Shown here: in pieces, positions 20,171-28,688 of the stretch
How positions within the stretch are numbered: position 1 is the stretch's first letter
How the letters are laid out: each line of letters begins with the position of its first letter
Origin: a virus
IMG/VR virus record: IMGVR_UViG_3300032236_000771
Location: 1 to 64,000 of that record
Reading direction: 5' to 3' (one strand)
DNA length: 64,000 bases
Notes under the pieces: generated by a model
The model's input: the letters and a program-made list of their open reading frames with translations, nothing else
Told to the model about the DNA's origin: nothing
Databases searched by the model: none
Translations under genes and position numbers: made by a program

Positions 20171-20454
20171 TAGTGGTGCTTCCTGCGGTGGTCTTCTTTT
20201 GCAACGTTCTTACTGTGGCTCATAGCCTGAAGGTTAGACATAGAGTCGTGGCCCCTACGTCCGCCATTGTCTTTGTGGTCCACATCCGTGTGGCGGTCTA
20301 GGGTTTCGTGGTGGTCATCCTCATAATCCACACGAGCCTTGTTAGATGAGGTGGTAACCCACTTGCCATCTACCTTTTTCTTGTAGACATAGATAGGGCG
20401 TCCGCCATTCTGTGCGGAGCCCTTGTAAGGACCGAAACGCTTAGCCTTAGCCAT
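20170..20454 (-). CDS. Small HNH-motif protein
   Basis: DVDHKDN......NLQ.MSHS.N. Confidence 0.6.
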   Translation of the reverse strand: MAKAKRFGPYKGSAQNGGRPIYVYKKKVDGKWVTTSSNKARVDYEDDHHETLDRHTDVDHKDNGGRRGHDSMSNLQAMSHSKNVAKEDHRRKHH

Positions 20455-20618
20455 TACTTCTTCTTCTTGCCCTTTGATGCCGCCATGTTATCGACGAGGT
20501 TAGGGTATGGGCGACCAGCAGCCTTGGCACGAGCCTTAGCCGAAGACTTCTGACCCTTGGTCAGTTTCTTGTCTTTCTTAGTTGGGTCTGGCGTATTCCA
20601 GACTTTCTTCTCAGCCAT
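20454..20618 (-). CDS. Small basic protein (54 aa)
   Basis: Manual: MAEKKVWNTPDP...AKARAKAAGRPYPNLVDNMAASKGKKKK; TAATG coupling at both ends. Confidence 0.75.
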   Translation of the reverse strand: MAEKKVWNTPDPTKKDKKLTKGQKSSAKARAKAAGRPYPNLVDNMAASKGKKKK

Positions 20619-21151
20619 TAGTTACCCCAATCTTTGTTGTGATGGCAGTCCACGTGGCGGGTAGTCCACTTTTCGTTTTGCTTAACCGTCAAACCTTCAT
20701 TAGCCCCGACAGCATTGCCACACTCAGCACACTTTCCTGGGTACTTATTAGTGAAGCCTTTAGGTGCAGCAAGCCGCTTTTGTTCTCCCACATTTTTGGC
20801 AGCCCTTTCTCCCGCTACTTGAGCGGTGAACTTGCCTAGTAATTCATTCATTTTGTCAGGGTCAGATAAGACAGCAAGTCTATCTGGAACCGTGTCTAGG
20901 TGAGCCATGAGACGCCTGCCTGCTTCGCTAGCATCGTCTTTTTCCTTGGCTGCCTGTACGTTTTGGGCAAACTCAGTGCACTTTTCCTGAGTATGAGGGA
21001 TGTGGGGTTGGGCCACCCAACCAGCACCGCCCTTAGTCTCTGCCAAGTAGGGCTTACCAGCACTGCTTCGTTCCCAATACAAATGTGGATTACCACAATT
21101 TTTACAAGTAACCAATTTGTTGTCTGGAATTATCTCGCCTCTACGTGCCAT
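20618..21151 (-). CDS. Hypothetical protein with two zinc-finger-like ends
   Basis: CKNCG...H...C and KYPGKCAECG...HVDC. Confidence 0.65.
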   Translation of the reverse strand: MARRGEIIPDNKLVTCKNCGNPHLYWERSSAGKPYLAETKGGAGWVAQPHIPHTQEKCTEFAQNVQAAKEKDDASEAGRRLMAHLDTVPDRLAVLSDPDKMNELLGKFTAQVAGERAAKNVGEQKRLAAPKGFTNKYPGKCAECGNAVGANEGLTVKQNEKWTTRHVDCHHNKDWGN

Positions 21152-21462
21152 TACTTCTTCTTCTTTGCGTCAAGACGCTTTGAGATAGCAGCAGCCTTCT
21201 TCTTGGCATCTGCCTTGGATGATGCTCCCCAAGCCTCTAGGCTGAGGAGTAGACGGGTAGGCTCACCGTTAGGCTTACGTTCTGGGCCAGGCATGTTACC
21301 CATGCGGGCTAAGAACGAAGCACGACGAGGATTGTCGCCAGACTTTACAGGAGCTTTGAGGTCAGAGCCAGGGTGTGCCTTCTCGTAGGACTTACGGCCC
21401 TTCTCGTTCAGGCCACCCTTCTTAGCCTTACCCTCTTTGCGTTGCCAAGCTTCACTTGCCAT
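21151..21462 (-). CDS. Basic conserved phage protein
   Basis: AWQRKEGK...GGLN.KGR.SY...LKAPV...RR.SF.ARM. Confidence 0.75.
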   Translation of the reverse strand: MASEAWQRKEGKAKKGGLNEKGRKSYEKAHPGSDLKAPVKSGDNPRRASFLARMGNMPGPERKPNGEPTRLLLSLEAWGASSKADAKKKAAAISKRLDAKKKK

Positions 21463-21650
21463 TATTCTTCATTCTCATTTCTTGACCGGGAGATTGCCGT
21501 ACGCAAAGCATCCTGACGGCTACGCTCGCGGTTAGGTCTCTCATCGTGTGTTCCAGCGGCATTGCTTCGACGAATCTGACGCATGCCCTCAATGTACGCA
21601 GTGTTCTGAATCTTGCCAGGCTTGGCTGGCTTAATCTTCTTCTGGGTCAT
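21462..21650 (-). CDS. Small basic protein
   Basis: RRSNAAG.H; TAATG-coupled. Confidence 0.65.
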   Translation of the reverse strand: MTQKKIKPAKPGKIQNTAYIEGMRQIRRSNAAGTHDERPNRERSRQDALRTAISRSRNENEE

Positions 21651-21835
21651 TACTTTGCCTTTACGCGACTGCTCTTCTTAGCGTTTAGTGTTCCAGCGTT
21701 GTGCTTCTGGTGGACCTTTTCGACAGCCACATCATTCTTGTTGTGCTTAATCAATCCCGTGTGGTAGGCCTTTACGACCTTCTTTCCCTTACCGTTGCCA
21801 CGGACTTCTTGCTTCTTTACTTCGATTTTTGCCAT
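21650..21835 (-). CDS. Small Lys-rich protein
   Basis: 61 aa, TAATG-coupled. Confidence 0.65.
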   Translation of the reverse strand: MAKIEVKKQEVRGNGKGKKVVKAYHTGLIKHNKNDVAVEKVHQKHNAGTLNAKKSSRVKAK

Positions 21836-22407
21836 TAGACACTCCTTGGGTCGGGACGGGCAGGCAATGCATATCGCTGGAATTGCGGGTCATTGACCAA
21901 CTCTTCTGGGTTTATCTGGTTGCAATCCACAGTGATTGTGGTCCAGTTGTAAGACAGGGAACCGCGAGGTAGTACTCGAGTAGGCACGAAGACTTCGCCA
22001 CGATAAAGGATGCGGTCTTTGATGTGGTTGTTTGAATCAGTGACCAAGCTAGGAAGTAGACGCTGAACATCGCCAATGTTCATTACAAGACGAAGGGTGT
22101 CAGTTACGTAGAAACCACGCTCGTTCATTACGTTGGTACCACGAACAAACTGTGCCATCAAGGTAGGCATCTTGAACGGGAGCATCCAACGGCGACCATG
22201 GCCAGCAACGCTCGAGGAAACATCGTAGATGTCATCAACAATTGTGTTGAAGTTATCTTCTAGGTAGTAGTCTTGCCAACGGAACCAGTCAACTTCCTGA
22301 CCAACAGTTCCGCCAATTTCTTCGGCAAGGCCTTCATAGATAGACTGAATCTCGTAGTCCAAATCAAACTTGGAGTTACGGTCAGTGCTTTCGTTTCCAC
22401 CACGCAT
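21835..22407 (-). CDS. Putative head-closure/neck protein
   Basis: G..V.W...D.IYD...KDRI.YRG.VF pattern; structural module. Confidence 0.55.
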   Translation of the reverse strand: MRGGNESTDRNSKFDLDYEIQSIYEGLAEEIGGTVGQEVDWFRWQDYYLEDNFNTIVDDIYDVSSSVAGHGRRWMLPFKMPTLMAQFVRGTNVMNERGFYVTDTLRLVMNIGDVQRLLPSLVTDSNNHIKDRILYRGEVFVPTRVLPRGSLSYNWTTITVDCNQINPEELVNDPQFQRYALPARPDPRSV

Positions 22408-23048
22408 TAACTACTCGCCCCCCAATTAGAGCCATTCCAAACATAAACAGGCTTAGTAACCCATGCTGAGCCATTCCAAACCTGTACCGCTTTGGACGCC
22501 CATGAAGTTCCGTTCCAGACCTTTACTCCGCCACCAATAGTCCAAGAAAATGACTGACTAACAGAGCCGTCACCATTAGAGGCAGTAATAGTAAACGAGT
22601 ATGAGCCAGATACTGTGGGGGTTCCAGTGACGGCTCCAGAAGAAGAGTTCAACGAAATACCCGAAGGCAAGGAGCCAGAACTAACCGAGTAACTTGGTGA
22701 ATTAGTTGCGGATACGGAGTCGGAGTAGGCAACGCCAGCAATGGGTGTCGCTAGAGCATTGTCCGACCACGAAGGCGGATAAGTCGGTGGGGGAGCACAG
22801 GCTGGAGAGGTTCCTCCTACATCATAAAAGTCCGTGTAGGTAGTTCCAGATAACTTATAGCTAATGATGTAGGTTTGAGCCGCGTAAGTGCCACAGGCAA
22901 CATGCGTTGCACCAGATTCAACTACAGATGGGCCACTACGGTTTGTAGAGCCAGAAGGGAACACGTAGCCAGGAGCAGTGTAGGAAACGTTATACCCACC
23001 TGAACCATCAGATGAGAAACTTATAGCCCCAGGCGTCCAACCCGACAT
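22407..23048 (-). CDS. Ig-like (He_PIG) virion protein
   Basis: YSVSSGSLPSGISLNSSSG.VTGTPT.SGSYSFTITASN; C-terminal VWNG.W x3. Confidence 0.8.
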   Translation of the reverse strand: MSGWTPGAISFSSDGSGGYNVSYTAPGYVFPSGSTNRSGPSVVESGATHVACGTYAAQTYIISYKLSGTTYTDFYDVGGTSPACAPPPTYPPSWSDNALATPIAGVAYSDSVSATNSPSYSVSSGSLPSGISLNSSSGAVTGTPTVSGSYSFTITASNGDGSVSQSFSWTIGGGVKVWNGTSWASKAVQVWNGSAWVTKPVYVWNGSNWGASS

Positions 23049-23051
23049 TGG

Positions 23052-23612
<561 letters not shown>

Positions 23613-23646
23613 GTTTACCTCTCTAAAGTAAAGGGCTCGAAGTCAA

Positions 23647-24690
23647 TTATGCCTTGTAGAACTCCATGTTTCGGGCTAAACGGTCGTCTTCCGGGTTGAA
23701 GCCTAGGGCTATACCGCCATAGCGATAGGCCGTTTCCTTATTGCCAAGATTGTAGGCGGATATTGCCGCTAGGTCGTATGGAAGTCCGCCCCAAGCAAAC
23801 TCCTCGCAAAGGTAGTCCAAAGGCTTTTCCTCAATGTCGATGGCCTGCAATACCGTCTCTAGGCAGTTAGCCCAATCCTGTTTGGTGTAGTGGTATTGAG
23901 CCATCTCAACTAGGGCCTCACGGCGACCCGGAGCCTCGTTGATTGCCTGCTCCAAATAAAGGTGAGCAAGGTCTGGCAAGCATTTCGCCAGGTATCGACA
24001 AGAAGCAGCCCTCTCTGGACCCCAAGTGGCTTTAGGGTTTTGCAGGTGACGCTTAAACATGTCTGCCGCTTTATCTAACATTCCATGGAAGAAGTACTCG
24101 CGAGCTAGATAGTACTGGTTACGGTCATCGGTCGGGTCTTCTTCAACTGCCAGTTCTAGCAGTGGGAAATACTGGCCACGGCTCTTAGACTCGTCTGGGT
24201 GATGGTGAATCTCAAGAGCAATCCACTCCTGCACCTCTTGGATGCGGTCTGTAGTTAGCGTCTCGTGTACGGGGTGTTTCCATCGGTATCCGTGGCGTTT
24301 GTGAATCTTGTCCCCGCCGTATTGAAGCCCTGGTTGGTTGTCATCAATCCAAGACCAGGTGTATTGGTATCTAGGTCTTGTGGTGTCTGGAGAAACCTTT
24401 TCCAACGCTTCACGCCAGCCAGGAACAAGGACCTCATCCATGTCCAAAGCAATGCAAAAATCGATATCATCAGGAAGCAAAGCGAGGCTAGTATTCCTAG
24501 CGTCGTCGAAACGCCAAGGATTAATAGAAGCAGAAAAAACCTCAACACCGCACTCGTAAGCCCTATCAATAGTGCTATCGGTAGAACCAGTATCGAGAAT
24601 AAGGCGGTAGTCTGCCTCTTTGCAAGACTCTGCCCATCTTGCCACATGTTGTTCTTCATTTTTCGCAATTGCATAAACCGCTACTTTCAT
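23647..24690 (-). CDS. GT2-family glycosyltransferase with TPR-like C-terminus
   Basis: KNEE, DTGSTD, FDDARN, LDMDE, HE; YYLAREY; start reassigned to MKVAVY. Confidence 0.9.
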   Translation of the reverse strand: MKVAVYAIAKNEEQHVARWAESCKEADYRLILDTGSTDSTIDRAYECGVEVFSASINPWRFDDARNTSLALLPDDIDFCIALDMDEVLVPGWREALEKVSPDTTRPRYQYTWSWIDDNQPGLQYGGDKIHKRHGYRWKHPVHETLTTDRIQEVQEWIALEIHHHPDESKSRGQYFPLLELAVEEDPTDDRNQYYLAREYFFHGMLDKAADMFKRHLQNPKATWGPERAASCRYLAKCLPDLAHLYLEQAINEAPGRREALVEMAQYHYTKQDWANCLETVLQAIDIEEKPLDYLCEEFAWGGLPYDLAAISAYNLGNKETAYRYGGIALGFNPEDDRLARNMEFYKA

Positions 24691-24932
24691 TCTTCGGTGA
24701 AACCTACTCCTGAAGTATCTACTGCATCCCACTTGTGCACAGGGCAAAAGGCGTGAGGAAGTCCAGTCTTAGCGGGCATAATGCAACCGCATTTAGTGCA
24801 CTGCTGAGTTAGCGAGATGAAGAACTCGCACTCACGGCAGATAGCCATACGAGATTCTTTGACTGATTCGCCTACTCGGCCAATGTTGCGGTTGAAGAGG
24901 TCCCAAGGCCTGGCTGGTTTAGGGTCATTCAT
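24687..24932 (-). CDS. Small Cys-rich protein
   Basis: CRECE...CTKCGC.M..K......CP..KW. Confidence 0.8.
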   Translation of the reverse strand: MNDPKPARPWDLFNRNIGRVGESVKESRMAICRECEFFISLTQQCTKCGCIMPAKTGLPHAFCPVHKWDAVDTSGVGFTEE

Positions 24933-25891
24933 CGGTAGTCCTTCGGCATGTAGAACGGGGAGATAGCCCCAAAGCGTACGTTAGTTCTAGTGTAAACCTC
25001 GTAGGCATGAATTGCGTCAGCATTTTCTGGGTCATTGATGAACTTTGTGTAATGAGCCTGAAGTCGGGATGTAATCTGGTCGTTCAACTCAGGAGTTACG
25101 TAGTCAGTAAAGAACATACGCTTGCCTCCGTACTCATTGATGTCGTCCGCATTTAGGTGGGTAATAGGGAACACGTCGCAGTTCGGATAAACAAACGAGA
25201 AGCCACGACCAAATAGGCTAATAGAGTAGATGAGGTCTTCATCATAAAACGTGGCATCTGGGTCCACGCCAGTATCCTTGGCCCACTCACGGTCGCCAAA
25301 AGCACAGGCAGGATTGAACTTTACGTTAGGGTAATACTTATTTGGGTATTTACCTGGCCAGAGCTCATTGAGCGGAAAGTCGCCCCATCGAGGCACTGCG
25401 TACAGCCATAACTCATTTGGAAGGTAGAACGGGTAAGCGTTTCGTTCCTTGCCCTCACGAGGCTTGCGTTCCGGGTGGTACTTAAACAGGCCCACATAGG
25501 TAGTCATAATGGTTTTAGGATTGCCCGACGCTTCCTTGGCCCCCTTATAGAGGTCAATCATGTCCACGTCCCAGCCCTGAGCTAGGTGGGTGTGGCAGTC
25601 AATCTGAAGCATGTAGTCCTCGTCCTCATACAGACGAGCGGCTCTCCAGCGGCCCTTACCAACGCCCAATGGCTCTAAGTCGTTCCGCTGAATCTCCTCG
25701 TAGGTAATACGGAGCCTAGGGTCGTCTCCGTAGAACTCCTTGAGTTCGTTGTAAATAGACGGCTCTAGGGCGGCTAGGCCAACTCCCACAACAACACGCT
25801 CTGGGTGAGTTGCTGCGTCAAAACAGTTCTTGACCGTAGGTACGACTTCGCTGTCGTCCATAGCGGCAATTGAAACAAAGATAGTTTCCAT
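24929..25891 (-). CDS. GlcNAc-transferase-like (GT60 / Skp1-GlcNAcT family) glycosyltransferase
   Basis: IFVSIAA..D.E...T, A..P.R...G, G.G..R..A..LY..E.Y.LQID.HT...GWD. Confidence 0.8.
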   Translation of the reverse strand: METIFVSIAAMDDSEVVPTVKNCFDAATHPERVVVGVGLAALEPSIYNELKEFYGDDPRLRITYEEIQRNDLEPLGVGKGRWRAARLYEDEDYMLQIDCHTHLAQGWDVDMIDLYKGAKEASGNPKTIMTTYVGLFKYHPERKPREGKERNAYPFYLPNELWLYAVPRWGDFPLNELWPGKYPNKYYPNVKFNPACAFGDREWAKDTGVDPDATFYDEDLIYSISLFGRGFSFVYPNCDVFPITHLNADDINEYGGKRMFFTDYVTPELNDQITSRLQAHYTKFINDPENADAIHAYEVYTRTNVRFGAISPFYMPKDYR

Positions 25892-26547
25892 TATGAGTAC
25901 CGCTTCCTGCTCCACCATTTACGTTTGTACCACGCATACGGAGGCATTTCAACCTCGTACGACTTCGGGTAGAAGTGGGTGTGGTCCTCGTCAATTACAG
26001 ACTCCCAGTCGTCTCGCTTAAATGGGATTATCTGAATAAGCGGAGTACCTGCTGGGATTACACCCTTAAAGTCTCGCTTGAGAATAAAAGGGAAGTTGAT
26101 TACTACTGGGTGCTTATCGGTGTCTACTACACCGCTAAACGAATAAAACGGCAAGTTAGGGCTGTTGAGCGGGTGGATAAACAAGCAACTGTACCCCTTA
26201 GGGGTCTTAATGTGCCACTGGTTAATCCACTTGTGAGGAATAGCGGAAAAGCCCTCAGGGACTTCCATGCCGTCAGTCTGCGAGGTGTGGTGCCGAGACA
26301 CTACTTCAATCTCAGAGTGCGTTGGCTTAAACGTAACCCAGTCTGGGTCCCACTCCACGTCTACTGGAAGTGTAATGATGTAGCCGCTAGTTAGAGCGTC
26401 TAGGAATGGCACACACTTCTTTACAGAGTGAATTTTCTCTTGGGTGCCGTCCATCTTTCGATACCAGTCAGGAACAGCCCTACTGGCCGGGATTGGTTTG
26501 GGGATGTTTACAGCCGCATTAGTTGTTTGAAACTTTATTTTCTTCAT
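25891..26547 (-). CDS. DUF6065-like / dUTPase-fold-like protein, paralog A
   Basis: P.WY, KKCVPFLDA..SGY, W.IKTP.GYS.LF.HP.N, SGVVDTD, GTP..Q.IPFKR. Confidence 0.7.
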   Translation of the reverse strand: MKKIKFQTTNAAVNIPKPIPASRAVPDWYRKMDGTQEKIHSVKKCVPFLDALTSGYIITLPVDVEWDPDWVTFKPTHSEIEVVSRHHTSQTDGMEVPEGFSAIPHKWINQWHIKTPKGYSCLFIHPLNSPNLPFYSFSGVVDTDKHPVVINFPFILKRDFKGVIPAGTPLIQIIPFKRDDWESVIDEDHTHFYPKSYEVEMPPYAWYKRKWWSRKRYS

Positions 26548-26926
26548 CTGGGTCCTTGAATCCTTCGTCGTTGTAAATCCAATTTAGTGTCGGTTTCTTG
26601 TCGGTATCCTTTACCAAAACAAACTGCGGATGGCTTAGGAGCAAGGCAGCCATGCGGTTCTCTGCCCTAATTACCTCCTGCACAACGCCATCCAGAACTA
26701 TGGCAATCGTGTTTATTTGGCCGTGGCTAGGCATAGCTGGCGTTGCGGCAGCGTGAGTATGTGACGGTGCTCGCTTTGAGGTTACGCCAAGCTTCTTCTG
26801 CAACCAGTTGCGGAGAAGCTCACGAGTGGTAATTACTATCGGGTCATGGTCGTGGCTGTGCTCTCCGCCGCCGTGGTCGTGCCCGTGGTCATGGTCGTGT
26901 GAGTGGTCGTGGTCGTGGTCAGTCAT
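26519..26926 (-). CDS. His-rich N-terminus protein
   Basis: MTDHDHDHSHDHDHGHDHGGGEHSHDHD. Confidence 0.75.
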   Translation of the reverse strand: MTDHDHDHSHDHDHGHDHGGGEHSHDHDPIVITTRELLRNWLQKKLGVTSKRAPSHTHAAATPAMPSHGQINTIAIVLDGVVQEVIRAENRMAALLLSHPQFVLVKDTDKKPTLNWIYNDEGFKDPDEENKVSNN

Positions 26927-27615
26927 TATTTAAACTCTTTTCTTTGCCACAGGGCACTCTTGTACGAGCGTCCCTTACGTCTAACATTCCAGCCCTGAGA
27001 CATAATCTTGTCAATTAGGGATTGGTCGATAATCCTTGCCCACTTCTCCCGCTTGTACGGGATTATCTGGATGTATGGCGTTCCCGCTGGAATTACGCCA
27101 GTAAAATCTTCACGAATAAAGAACGGCACATTGCCAGGAGCGGCGAACTTATCGGCGTCAATGATGCCTGCCAAGGTGGTAAACGGAAGGTCTTGGCGGT
27201 TTAGCGGGTGGCACATAATCGCACTGTAACCACGAGGAAGTTTAAACCCCCATGCCGAGGACCAGACCAAGTGGTTGTGAGAATGCCCAGCAGGTCTAGG
27301 CATCTTCTCCCCAAGTGCCATGGGACGTTCACCAATAAAGCTGGCGTACTCTGGGGGGCCGTCCCACTTAAGGTCCAGCGTCCCGTCTTTCTTTTTAGAT
27401 ACGTAAATATCAAACGGGGTAACCAGAGTATAGCCCGCAACAAGGGCATCTAGATACGGAGCACATTTCTTCAGGCCAGCCGATTCTTGACCGTGCTCAT
27501 TTAGGTAAGTGCTCTCAGAAAGGCGATACCATTCGGGCATGGTTTCTTTGATTGCCCTTGGCTGCCCTAAATCAGAGAAGTTCAACTTATCGGTGACGAA
27601 TTTAATGAGCCGCAT
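26926..27615 (-). CDS. DUF6065-like / dUTPase-fold-like protein, paralog B
   Basis: PEWY, KKCAPYLDA..AGY, W...LP.GYS....HP.N, GIIDAD, GTP..Q.IPYKR. Confidence 0.7.
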   Translation of the reverse strand: MRLIKFVTDKLNFSDLGQPRAIKETMPEWYRLSESTYLNEHGQESAGLKKCAPYLDALVAGYTLVTPFDIYVSKKKDGTLDLKWDGPPEYASFIGERPMALGEKMPRPAGHSHNHLVWSSAWGFKLPRGYSAIMCHPLNRQDLPFTTLAGIIDADKFAAPGNVPFFIREDFTGVIPAGTPYIQIIPYKREKWARIIDQSLIDKIMSQGWNVRRKGRSYKSALWQRKEFK

Positions 27616-27626
27616 TAGAGTCCTAA

Positions 27627-28688
27627 TTAACTGATGGTGATATCCCCAATTGTACTGCCTTGGTTGTAATTAGTAGGGGTAACTACAATTCCGTATTTAG
27701 GAGTAAGGGCAACGCCAGTCGGGGTGTAGACCCAGTCAGAGTCAATCTGAGTTACCTGGTTGGTATCTGAGTAAGCCTTGGTAGTAATCTGCGAACCGCT
27801 AGTGGTGATGCGAAGTGACTGAGCTACAGCCGAAATAGCCTGGCTTGCAATTTGGGTTACAGTGTTAGCCACTGACTGGTACAAGCGAATGTACGCAGGG
27901 TAAGTAGTCACAGGGTTGCAGGCGTAGGTGTAGGCGAAATAAGCGTTGCAGTTTGAGCCTGAAAAGTTAGTGTACGCATTGCAGTTGCTCGTTCCGCCGC
28001 TGCAGTTGTAGTACAAATAGCCACCTGAATTACAGACTGCGTTATAGCTATACGCAACACAGGTTGCCGCATTCCAAGACGAGCAATACGTGGCATACCA
28101 AGAAGAGCAGTATGTCGCATACCAAGATTTACAAGTCTTACCAGAGTTATATGCAGAACATCCACCGCCCGAGTATCCTGAGCAGCCTCCACCAGCATAG
28201 GTGGCACAGTTAGAGGTATTAAATGTGTTGCAGGACGCTACGTAGTATACGTTGCCTAGGGTGCAGGCTGCAGTGTAGGTGTTGCACGTAAAGCTATACG
28301 CGTTGCAGTTAGAGCCAGAATAGTTGGTATAGGCATTGCAGTTAGAGGCGTTGCAAGTGCTGTACGTAGTCAGCGTTTCCTGGTCAACTGCAATAGCCCA
28401 CCAGTTACCTGAGTCAGTTACCCAGAGGCCCGCACCAGTTCCATTAGCCGTGCTAAGCAGGTCAATCTGCACGTTCTGCTTAGGCATGCCCACCGTGGCC
28501 AATGGGTACGACGATGGCGAAGTAGAGCTAGAAGCGGCGTTGCCAGAGATGCCCCAAGTACCACGAAGAACATCCCAAGTAGAGCCGTCGCTGGCGGTGC
28601 CTAGAACGCTGGCATTATCCGCACGGTTAAAGGTGTCCTTAAACTTCTTGCGAACGCCAGACGCAATCGAGCCAATATTAATTCTCAT
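27627..28688 (-). CDS. Beta-sandwich virion protein with 18-Cys insert (putative fibre tip)
   Basis: DTFNRAD...LG....W....GTWGISGN.A N-terminus; Cys-periodic insert; TAATG-coupled to the fibre gene. Confidence 0.75.
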   Translation of the reverse strand: MRINIGSIASGVRKKFKDTFNRADNASVLGTASDGSTWDVLRGTWGISGNAASSSTSPSSYPLATVGMPKQNVQIDLLSTANGTGAGLWVTDSGNWWAIAVDQETLTTYSTCNASNCNAYTNYSGSNCNAYSFTCNTYTAACTLGNVYYVASCNTFNTSNCATYAGGGCSGYSGGGCSAYNSGKTCKSWYATYCSSWYATYCSSWNAATCVAYSYNAVCNSGGYLYYNCSGGTSNCNAYTNFSGSNCNAYFAYTYACNPVTTYPAYIRLYQSVANTVTQIASQAISAVAQSLRITTSGSQITTKAYSDTNQVTQIDSDWVYTPTGVALTPKYGIVVTPTNYNQGSTIGDITIS

